A stretch of 64,000 nucleotides of DNA from Eledone cirrhosa. Lineage: Eukaryota. The stretch covers positions 157,914,001 through 157,978,000 of the forward strand of contig OZ024741.1 in assembly GCA_964016885.1 (NCBI GenBank), given 5' to 3'. The notes beneath the pieces are model-generated. The model ran no database searches. It had not been told where the DNA came from and was given only the letters and a program-made list of their open reading frames with translations. A program made the position numbers and the translations under genes. Position 1 is the stretch's first letter. Each line of letters begins with the position of its first letter. Positions 49,250 to 60,329 of this stretch are shown one piece after another.

Positions 49250-50900
49250 CAATGGAAGCACACTACAAGGTTTCACACAATGCAAGTAAATTATTTCCAT
49301 GGTAAATTTATGGAAAAAATTATTAACATGAGTGATTATTTGAATGAGAAAAGCATTCCATTGAGTCCAGCTATCATTTGTGATAAAATAAAATCTATTT
49401 TTGATGAACTGAAGAAGAAAGAGGGTGGCGATGAAATATTTACACGTAATGACTGCATATTATAAGTGTCACACTGTAGTGTTAAAATAACTGGTGAGGC
49501 AGAGAGTGCAATATTGAAGCAGTTAAATCATTCTCTGTAGAATACCCAGTGTACAAACTGGTGAATATCCTGAGGGTCAGATTTTCAATATAGGTAAGAT
49601 GCATATATTGGAATAGAATGCCTTTAAGAACTTTTATTGCCATTGAGAAAAAAAAACTGCACTGGGATTTAAAGTTGTCAAGAATAATGTTTCAAGAACT
49701 CTGAAATAGTTTTCAGAAGTGGACTGGGTCATAAAACTATCCTGAGCATCCAGGCATCACTGACCAATAGACTGCTGACTGCTGAGAGGCTGAGGTGTGT
49801 TTTCACCACTCAGCTAAAGCAACAATAACCAACAGACTGCTGATTGCCAAGGGCCAGAGGTGTGATTTTACTGCTCAGCATTGGGACAATACATTTTTAT
49901 TTCAATCTTTGTGCAATGGCTATGACTTCTGTTTATCATGACATTTTCTTCAGCTGTTTTCTTTTCTTTTCTTTTTTTTCTTGTTTTACTCAGTCTAGCA
50001 GCCTACTGGACATTGCCCAAATGTCCATATGGCCAGTCTGCCTCAGCCAATGTTAGACTACCAATTAGAAACACTCTGTGCCTTGAAAGTGTTAAAAACT
50101 CACAATTGCCTGCTTATTTGAAATCAAATGAGAAAGTGTTGGCCATACAGGAACTGTTCTTGGATAGGTACACAAATTTATTTTTCACTGTTGTGTGCAA
50201 TGCCTCCATTGAAAATGATTTACTGCCCAAAGCTATTTTTTTGTTAGACAACACTCTTGGCCATCATTTAAATCTTGACCAAGTTCAAACAAAGCTTAAC
50301 CCTTTTGTTCCCCATATTTCGAATAAAATTCACGTCCCATAATTTTCAAATCCTTTTGAAAATAGTTAAGAATTTGAAGGAATTTAGTAATAAGCTGGTG
50401 TTTAGAACAAAGTTTCTTACATAAAATTATGATGGAAGGTTTTTAGGTAAATATACGCTCTGTTACCATGAAAGGCACTTTCTGTTATTTGCAAATAATT
50501 TTGAAACTAACCTTTAATTTGAAGAGATTTAGTAATATAACTAATTTTACTCATTGTTAAAGTGTTTTCTTTTTTATAACTTAACAAAGTTCCTTACATA
50601 AAATTATGATGGAAAGGTTTTAGATGAATGTAGACACTTTAAATCAAACTGTATCATAGAATTGAGGACAGTTTCACATGGTTGGGATTAAAGTCAATGC
50701 TTCAAACACAAAATTTGTTCTCCAGTTGAGGGAGCAGAGGATAATAACTGTAAAAATCCTTAAAAGAATGGTTAATGTGTTCAACTCAAATCTTGAGAAG
50801 ACTATAAAAGATTACTGGTTGTCATTTAACATTTCAAATGCCATTAATCTTATTGGTATCATCTGGAGAAAGTTTATTACAAACTGCTTGGAAGGTAGTT
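49250..50900 (+). mobile_element. pogo/Tigger-like transposase remnant with inserted MITEs
   Basis: Fragments IPLS.AIICDK.KSIF, GEAES, QIFN, W.RMP.RTFI, GFKV.K, KAIFLLDN..GH, KDYW.SFNI.NAI. Confidence 0.7.
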
Positions 50901-51480
50901 CTAGTCAAGGAACAACATTAAAGGACTTGGATTGGTGGATGAGAACATTGCAGTTATATAAGTGGTTACAAGTTTACAGAAGATGCTGGGTTTCTATTTT
51001 AACCCTTTTGACACCAATCCACCTGAAACTGCTAGTTGTAAAATTTATTTTAAATTGTATATATTTATCTAAAAACATTCCATCATAATTTTATGAAAGA
51101 ATCTTTGCTACATGATGCTCTAAACACCAGATTAATAATGAAGAAGTTAGTTATATTACTGAATTCCTCCAAATTCTTGATTATTTTCAAAAATATTTGA
51201 AAAGTATAGATTATCTTTTATTAGAAATATGGTAACAAAAGGGTTAAGATGGTGCGTAATTATCAACCTGGCCCATCACCAATGGTGGACATCTCAACTA
51301 AGACTATCAATTCAGAGCTAAAATTGCATCCAGCACCACTGTTGAATGAGGTTAACATGATATATTTTTCTTTCAGAAATTCAGATCGTATTTTATTAAT
51401 TAACCCTTTTTGGACATAATTCTAATGAAATACACTGTATTTGAATTAATTAATGTTAATGAAGAATTTGAAGGGCTTAA

Positions 51481-51690
51481 CCATTTAATGTTCAAACCTG
51501 CCAGAATTCTCTACCTCTTTCTGTTGAAACTGGCTGTAACTGGTCACTGAAACTGATGTTAAGGTATTGTTCTCAAAATAAATACTTTCAAAATCTCATA
51601 GATTCGATATTATGTGAGATAATTATGCGAGGTAAAGCCTTTACCATGAAAATATAATAGTATATATAGAGTAATGTGAATGCTAAAGGG
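51481..51690 (-). mobile_element. piggyBac-type MITE (inverted copy of 11201-11411)
   Basis: TTAA flanks; internal sequence is the reverse complement of the first copy. Confidence 0.8.
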
Positions 51691-52305
51691 TTAATAAAAC
51701 TATTAATTATTTCATTAAGATGGCATTTGTAACATAACTTAAGAAAAGATTATTAAAATTATGTTGGAAGATTTTTATATAAATAGAAACACTGACTCTA
51801 TTTTAATTAATTAATGAAGAAATTGGAGGGATTTACTAAAATTATTAACTATTTCATTATTAAGATAGTGTTTGTAGCATCACTTAACAAATGGCTCCTC
51901 TATCAAATTATGTTGAAAGATCAAAATTTCAATAAGAACCCTTTAAAATTAGAGGCAGATTAAGCTTACATGGGCCCTGACTAAAATTTCATCAGGACTC
52001 TTTGAACTATACAACAATATCAAAATAATTCACATATATGAAGTGATATAAGGACATTTGTAATTAACAGCAGTAAACAAGAAATGTGGGCATATTTGTT
52101 TCTTTTTATCATGAAAGTCATCTAGGTATAAAATATATTATTTATGGTAGCCAAAAAATTAGTTTGGCATCCTACAATCCAATCAAACTCCACTTTGCCA
52201 TTGCTTAAAATGGGTTGGGTTGTTTCATAGAACAAGAGGCAGTTCTGAGCAGACTGGTTTCAGGAAAGTTAAATTGTTATTCATTTTATATATTGAAACA
52301 AAGGC

Positions 52306-52515
52306 AGTGGATTAACAGAATTGTTTGAGCATCAGACAAAATGCTTTGAGGTATTCATTGTAGCTCTTTACATTCTGAGTTCAAATCCCATGAAGGTCAA
52401 CTTTGCATTTCATCTTTCTGGGGTCAGTAACATAAAGTACTAATCAAGCACTGGGGTCAATTTAATCACCTTTCTCCTCCTCATAAATTGCTGGCCTTGT
52501 GCCTAAATTAGAAAC
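52306..52515 (+). mobile_element. tRNA-SINE (diverged)
   Basis: B box and core match. Confidence 0.75.
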
Positions 52516-52882
52516 ATTTTATATATTAAAATAACAAATATTATATTAACAATATTATATTATAACTGTTAGTAAAATAAACTTGTTCATGAAGTTTTAT
52601 TGAAAAAAATCATGAATTTCTTTAAAATCCCGGAATAATTAATCCATTAACTACATAATGTAAATAGACTGATTGATTTAATAGATTGATTGATTTTCTG
52701 TTAATGTAATTTACACTGCCTCCTCTTGGAGTCTATTCCTGGTGCAAACTAGATGCAGCTTACATACACACACATACATACATACATACATACACACACA
52801 TACATACACACATGCACACATATTTCACTTTATTTCACTACTTATGAAACAGACAAATAAATAAATAATAGAAATATATATA

Positions 52883-53084
52883 TATAGTGAAATAAAATAA
52901 CGTGGCTCGTCAGACCCCTTGTAATGGTATTCCACTACCTTTACAAGGGGTCTGACGAGCCACGGCTTACGAGTTAGATCGATACAGATCAAACCTTGAG
53001 CTGAACAGTGGCGAAACACGCGTCACCAACCAATAAACATAATGAAGGAGTAACCAATCATCCTTGTTATTTTATTTCACTATA
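52883..53084. mobile_element. Small element with 19-bp inverted termini, internal 24-bp perfect hairpin and hammerhead motif (Penelope pLTR/retrozyme-like)
   Basis: tatagtgaaataaaataac (52883-52901) / gttattttatttcactata (53066-53084); stem 52901-52924/52941-52964. Confidence 0.7.
52947..53031 (+). ncRNA. Type I hammerhead ribozyme motif with minimal palindromic stem III
   Basis: CUGACGA 52952-52958; stem II gccac/gtggc with long insertion; GAAA 53013-53016; ac-acgc-gt; GUC 53022-53024; short stem I ggt/acc. Confidence 0.7.
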
Positions 53085-53769
53085 ATACACTCTGTATAGC
53101 TCTACACATCGACACTGAAGTGAACCTAAACATTGAGTACTCACTCGGGTGAACCTACAGTAACTCCAAGTTACATTCCCTAGATATATATATATATATA
53201 TGAATATATATGTATGTATATAATGTATATATCATCATCATCATCATCACCACCATTTTACGTCTGTTCTTCCATGCTAGCATGGGTTAGACAGGTTGTC
53301 CTGTTGTGGGCAGTGTCCGGTGGCTGACCTTGTCTTGCTCATACCGGAACTGATTCTGGCTTGATTTCTACAGCTGCATACCCTTCCTAACACCAACCCC
53401 ATTTACAGTGAGTGCTGGGTGCTTTTTTTCCATGGTGCCTACACGTCCACTTTGCAGTGGGAGGGGGCAGAGGCCTAAATATAATTTCAGGGTGAAGGAT
53501 GTGAGTGGTGTGAGACTAAAGAGGGGAATTAGATATTGAAGGATGGTGAGTTGTTTTATTTTTGTAGATGGTGGTTTAAGATGGAGAAGGGGTGGAGGAA
53601 TTGAACAGGAGTGGGAAACATCTTGGCAGGCAGGAGACTAAATGTTGTTTCACCTCTCAGCAGTCCCAATGCTTGTTTCCTCATAGGAAAGCGAGCTTGT
53701 TGCCGTATGACATATTGCTAGTCAGCTTGATCTTGTGTATTCTACTTCCTGAGATTTAGCTGCTCAAGG

Positions 53770-55315
53770 TCAGTTTTCACTATATCATCCCAAGTTTTCC
53801 TAGGTCTTCTTCTTCCATCGACTTTGAGTGTCCTGTATTTCTTTATATAGCTTTCATCCTCCATAAACATCACATTATACCAGCACAGTCTTCTCTCTTG
53901 TACTTTTAGACTCGGCTTTTCTCTTACTTTGTTGATACTTCATCTTTAATGCACATTGCTATTATACATCCATTGAAGCATGCTTACTTCATTTCTTTCT
54001 AACCTTTGCAGATTCTCTGCATTTAAAGCTCAAGTCTTATTTCTATGCAGCATTGCAGTTCTCACAGGTATCATACAACCGACCTTTCGTCCTGAGGGAG
54101 AAACCCCTTTGTAGCCAGCAGAGGTAGTCGCTCCCTGAACTTCTTCCATTGAGTTCTCATTCTTGCTACTATATTTTCAGACAATCCACCCCCACTGCTG
54201 ATTAAGTCACCTAGGTAATGGAAACTGTTGATTATTTCCAGGGAGCCATCTAAGCATTTGTTAGTGCCTATTTCACATAAACTCTTACTGCTCCTATGCA
54301 TCTACCACATACAAAGTCTACAATTTTTGTTAATCTCCCTGAGATCTTGCTGCATCCATTTTGTACTCATAGTTTAGATTTTTCGAACACTGAATGTAAT
54401 TACTATCAGCTCATTTTTTTCATATTGAGCATGGCCATTTCCCTGCTTGAATCAAGGTTATGCCAGCATTCCTACTTACTACTTTGTTAAGTTGACTTTG
54501 AGGCTTTTGATTCCAGATATTATTTCCATGTTTGAAATTTCTTCTCTAGTTCCTCTGCTATAAAGGTTCCTATGGGCAGCCAGTCTTAAATTTCTCTTTT
54601 ATGACAAGGAGGATTATAATAAACAGGAGGAGGATGAAGATTGAGCTCTGGCAGACTCCCACTAGCACACTAAACTCATCACTATACTCATTAACTGTAA
54701 CCTTGCTGACTGCTCATCTGTACATGTTTCCTAAGAGCCCACCATATTATGGAATAAGGTACCTTGTTGAAAGCTTTCTCCAAGTCAACAAAGGCTACGT
54801 GCAAGGGCTTATTCTTAACTAAGTAATTTTGCAGTTATCTCACATGGAAGAGGGTATCTGTGATAACTCTACTTCACACAAAGCCAAATTGCATTTTGTC
54901 TAAATTAATTCTATCCCAAATTAGTTGTGCTATAACTGTTTCCGTATATTTCATTATCTGATCCATCAACTTGAAAACTATAATTTCATCTGTCTAATGC
55001 ATGCATCTCCTTTTCCCTTGTAACAGATGATGATGATGAAACTATGCCAAGCATTGGATTGTACACAATCGTGTATTACTTGGTTTACAAAATACTTAGT
55101 TAAAATATGGCCTATTATCCCGAATACTTTCAGTGTCTCAGGAAATCTTCTGGATGGTCCAACTGCTTCATATCTTTGATTGCCTTACTTACCATACTGC
55201 TGCTAACTTGTAAGGATTACCTGAGATAGGTTTTACCTCTCCCATGCATTTTCCTCATTCAACAGTCTCTCATAATGGCTCTTCCCTGCTACCTTCTTTT
55301 CCACACCAGTGTGCC
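53770..55315 (-). mobile_element. Degraded RTE-like LINE (PHD-insert family)
   Basis: Minus-strand homology to 57330-59130 (LEIINSFHYLGD, WKKFRE.LPLL, GRRRPRKTW). Confidence 0.8.
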
Positions 55316-56501
55316 ACTATATATATATAAGCAAATGAAGAGTCAATGAAAGAGTTACAAGCCATTAAAACATATCTTTATATAGCTCTTACACATGCTT
55401 CACCCAGAGGGGCTCGTCGGAGGCAAATGTTCACACTAATACACATAAACATATATATATATATATATGAAATGAACCTGGATGCTCTGATGGATGTGTA
55501 ATAGTAATATGCATGAATGGAAAAGTGTAAATGAACTGAGAGAGAAACTGGACATAAGAGGGATCTGATGCAATGTGCAAGAGTGGGGATAGCGTTAGTA
55601 TGATCATGTGATGTGTATAAAGGATGACTGCTGTATAAAAAGGTGCAGGGTGATCAAAGTTGATGGAAGCTATGGAGCAGGAAGACCTGGGATGAGTTTA
55701 TAAAACCTACCTTGTACAATTGCACCTCTCAAAGGCAATGACACAGGATCGAGATCTTTGGTGTTATGCAGTAATACAGGAGACCCACCTTCCCATGTGC
55801 ATGGGTTGAAGCATACATCTAGTATGTACCACATAACCCCTACCCACCCTCCACTTCCATACACCTCCCACGCCCTAACACTCCACCCAATCCTAATCAC
55901 CCCTCCTTTCTCTCATAACTTTACACCCCTCCCCTGCCCACCCCAGCCTACACTGTAAAGTGGTTGTTACGGTGCCACAATGAAAGTCACTCGGTCCACA
56001 CTGTAAATGTGGTTGGCATTAGGAAGGGCATCCAGCTGTAGAAACCAAGCCAGAAACAGTTCTATATGAGCAAGACATGGTCACCTGACCTGACTTGTCT
56101 CAAATGGGACAACCTGTCAAACCTATGCTAGCACACAAAATAGACGTTAACTGATAATGCAGAGATATAGATATATATACACTCACACACACATATATAT
56201 GTGTGTGTGTGCGTTTGAGATATTCAACAACAAGAAAAAAGTGGTCTATATATTGACAGAAGGAATTTATTATGAATCATAGCATGAAATCGCTAATGCA
56301 ACCTATAATAAATAAATAAACATTTTCTGATTAATTCTTCTCTTCACATGAAGAGAAGAATTAATCTGTATGTCTCATTCAGACATTCAAAATGGAGTCC
56401 AGAAGAATGGCTGACTCATTACCTCATGTGATCATGCCTTCTAGTCAGATCATGAACCCTAAGGATGTGCTATAGATTTTGTGTATGATTCATAATATAT
56501 A

Positions 56502-56577
56502 CAGGGTGTCCCCCAAAAATGTATACTCACTTTTATTGAATGCTATTGAAATGTGTATACATTTTTGGGAGACCGTG
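56502..56577. mobile_element. Tc1/mariner-type mini MITE
   Basis: TA flanks; TIR cagggtgtcccccaaaaatgtatac / gtatacatttttgggagaccgtg. Confidence 0.8.
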
Positions 56578-57329
56578 TATATATATATATATATATATTA
56601 CGTAAGAAACATCTAGTTTCTTGAAATAATTGTATGTGTTGTTTGTTATGTAATTAAATAGCTCTGTACAATACATAAAGCACTCTTTTTTCCTTTACCT
56701 TTTCTACAGATATACTTAACATATATATACACACACACATATACTGAAACACCAAATCTGCCTCTTGTACTACCTCTTGAATCACCTTTTCAATATAATT
56801 TACAGAAATGAAACCGAAACAAAGAAAGAAAATGTAAAAATGTTTTTAAATGTTTGATTTTGAATAATTAATTTTAGTTAATTAATTGGTTGTTTTGTTT
56901 ACTTATTTTTACCTTGTAATTTAATATTTTCTTTGTAAATTTGAATATCTTGTTTTATATATATCATCATCATCATTTAATATCCATTTTCCATGCTTGC
57001 ATAACTTTGACAAGTTGTCATGCTATGAGACAAGTCAGGTTCAGAGACCATGTCATACTCATACTGATCTGTATTTTGGTTTGGTTTCTACGGCTGCATG
57101 CCCTTCCTAATGCCAACCATGTTACAGTGTGGATTGGGTGCTTTTTATCGTGGCACTGAAATGATCACCTAACAGGATTAACTGGGTGCTTTGTGTCAGG
57201 ATACCAGCACAACCACCATACAGGGTGAACTAGCTGCTTTTTGTTGTGTCACCAGCACAATCTCCTTACAGAGTGGACTGAGTGCTTTTTGTCATGTAAC
57301 CATCACGACCACCATACAGAAAAGAAGTT

Positions 57330-59130
57330 TTGCACTGTGAAGATCAGAGGCTTGAAGTGTTCAGCACTGTGAGACAAGAATGCTAGAGAAAATCATATGG
57401 TTAGAGAAAAGTGTGTTTGAAATGACAGTGGAGCACTTGAACTGTCTAAGAGACTGCTGAACAAGGAGAATGAATGGGACGGCAAGGGCCTTCCTCATGG
57501 AGACCCTACTGAGGGACCAGCTATAAAAGTTGACAGCAGTTTGATAGAAAAGCAATTAAGGACATAAAGGTAGGGAAAGAAGCTGGACCTTCTGGTATAG
57601 TTGTTGAGATGTTAAAAGCATCTGGCATGGTAGGATATGAACTTGTCAGATGCATAGTTAATCAAGTAGTACAGGATGGTGTCATACGCAGCAGCTGGCA
57701 CAGCAGTATCATTGTAAATTGCTATAAGGGCAAAGAGGATGTACTAGAGAGAAGTAACTATAGAGGCATCAAGTTGATGGACCAGGTCATGAAAGTTGCT
57801 GAAAAGATTATAGCTTAACTAATCAAGGACAGAATCAAGTTAGATGAGATGCAATTCAGACTTATGCCAAGTAGGGGCACTACTGAAGCCCTCTTTCTGG
57901 TGAAACAACTACAAGAGAGGCATTTAGCTAAGAGTAAGCCACAGTAAATCTGGAGAATGCCTTTGACAGAGTCCCACGTTCTATGATCTGGTGAGTATTT
58001 AGGAAGCTAGGCATATAAGGATGGCTTGTGAGGTCCATGCAGGCCATGTATGGAGGTGCAGCCAGCAGAGGGAGAGTGGGCAATGAGTACAGTGATGAAC
58101 TTGGAATGCAGGTGGGGGGCCACCAATGATCAATCCTCTGACCACTCCTGTTTATCATTGTGCTTAAAACTGGCATTCCAAGGGAACTCCTATATGCTGA
58201 CGACCTAGTCCAGACAGCTGAATCCATAGGAAAGTTAGAAGCAAAATTTCAAGCATGGAAGAACTTAGAGCTGAAAGGCCTAAAAGTAATAATAGCAAAG
58301 ATGACAGTCTTAATAAATAGGAAAGAAGACAGGAGGGTGATACTATCAGGAAGGTGGCCTTGTTCGATATGTCAGAAAGGGGTGGGCAGAAATTCCATAA
58401 GGTGCAGACAATGTAAATTATGGATGCACAAGATATGTAGTGGGATTACAGGTAGGCTAAAGGAAAAGATAAACTTTATATGTGGCAGATACAGAGGGAA
58501 AGTGATCACAATGAGCACACATGAAATAGATTCCTTCAGCTGTTAGTGGGGCTCCCTAGAAGTTGTTGACAGCTTTTGCTACCTAGGTGATCGAATTAGA
58601 AGTGTGGAGGATGTGCTGAAAGTGATATAGCTAGGATAAGAACAGGTTGGAAGAAGTTGAGAGATCTATTACCACTGCTGACAACAAAATGCTTTTCTCT
58701 CAGACTGAAGTGTAGACTGTATGATGCCTGTGAGTGAATAGCAATGCTACATGGGTGTGAAACATGGGCTTTGACTACAGAAGACCTGCAACGGCTAGAA
58801 AGAAATGAGTCAAGTATGCTCTGATGGATGTGTAATGTTAGTGTGCATGAGTGTCCTAGCATAAGCAAATTGAGAGGAAAACTTGTCATAAGAGGAATGG
58901 ATGTAGTGTGCCAGAGAGAAGACTATGTTGGTATGGACATGTGGTGTGCATGGAAGATAACAACTGCATAAAGAAATGCAGAAACTCCAGTGGCTGGGAC
59001 CCGTGGAAGAGGCAGACTCAGGAAGACATGGGATGAGGCTGTGAAGACCAGCCTTAAAAAACTAAAACTCACAACAGAAATAACTAAAGATTGGAAGGAG
59101 TGGCACTATGCAGTGCTGAAGAAGATCCGA
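57330..59130 (+). mobile_element. Degraded RTE-like LINE RT with PHD-type zinc finger insert
   Basis: KEAGPSG, NYRGIKL, MP.RGTTEA, LE.AFDRVP, LLYADDL, WPCSICQKGVGRNSIRCRQCKLWMHKICSG, FCYLGD, HGCETW. Confidence 0.88.
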
Positions 59131-59824
59131 CCTGCACCATACAATGTGACTTGACCTACCCACATACCCCAATTCCACTAGCACTCCCAACAGTTATTCT
59201 CAATATCACTACTTCAACCCCACTGCACTTGCCTCCTCCCCATTCCTAATAGCTTCCCTGATACCCCCCCCCCCCCCCCACTGTGAAGTGGTTGGTGATA
59301 GGAAGTGAATCTACCTGTAGAAATCTTACCAAACAAAGGGTTGGGGGCACCCTCACTTGTGTCAAAGATATGACAACCTCTTCTGTGCACTCAGTGGAGT
59401 GTCGACCATTCATAAGCGAGACACAAATCCCTGGCCTGTCTGGGAAATCACTAGCTCCACTCCAGTACTGACTTGGTCTATGTAGACCTGTCCAAACCTT
59501 ACTAGCAGGAACAGCAGTTAAAACGATGATGATGAAAGAGAGCGGCGTCATCCCTCCCGAAGGGACACTGGCATCAAGTCCGGGTGAGTGTGTGTGTGGG
59601 TGTACACACACCCACACACACACTCACACTCACACACACACACACAAATTAGTCAATCAAATTCGAACGCAGCCAGATTATTAAATTGTATTTTATATTT
59701 TCACACGTACTTTCATTTCTATACAACAATTTTCAGGCCACCATGTAATTATTCAACTAAAGATTGTTGTAAATCCTGATCTCTGGGCTAAGCACTCTCT
59801 CAAGTAACATTACTCCAAAAACCC

Positions 59825-60090
59825 TTAAGAGTAACTCCATTTCAGCTGCTTGTATTTGTGATCATATTCTTTTGTCCATGACCATAGGTAAGAGTTGGCA
59901 CAAATACCAAATTGAAGATAGCGAGTTTGGCTTTTACACCAACCTTCCTTCCTTCTGATTACTGAATGCCCAAGCTGGTACATTACTGCCCCAGCACCTA
60001 CAATTCTTGCACTTAATTCAGCCTGCTGGCTCCCATCACTCATGAACACAGCCTCGAGATACATGAACTTCTCTACCTGCTTCAGTGTTT
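59825..60090 (-). mobile_element. RTE LINE fragment
   Basis: QVEKFMYL..VF.SDG...AELSARI; similar to 12560-12840. Confidence 0.6.
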
Positions 60091-60329
60091 ATGTGTGTAT
60101 TTAAATATAGTATTTTTTATGGAAGCTACCACAATATGAATTGGATGGTAAATGTTAAAAATATGATGATAGTAAAGATGTTATGATGTTACCTTGCAGT
60201 TTTTTATAGGTCTTCTTATTTCAGGATAAAATCCCTTCAACAAAAGATTAAAAGAAGAAACTTAAGAGGGACAAAAAATACAGGTCCAAACTATCTATTT
60301 TCATCTATTAATCTTTTCAAGAAGAGTTT

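Noticed and set aside
52575-52582. AATAAA as the ITSN poly(A) signal
   Set aside because: Many AATAAA hexamers in AT-rich sequence; cannot assign without transcript data.
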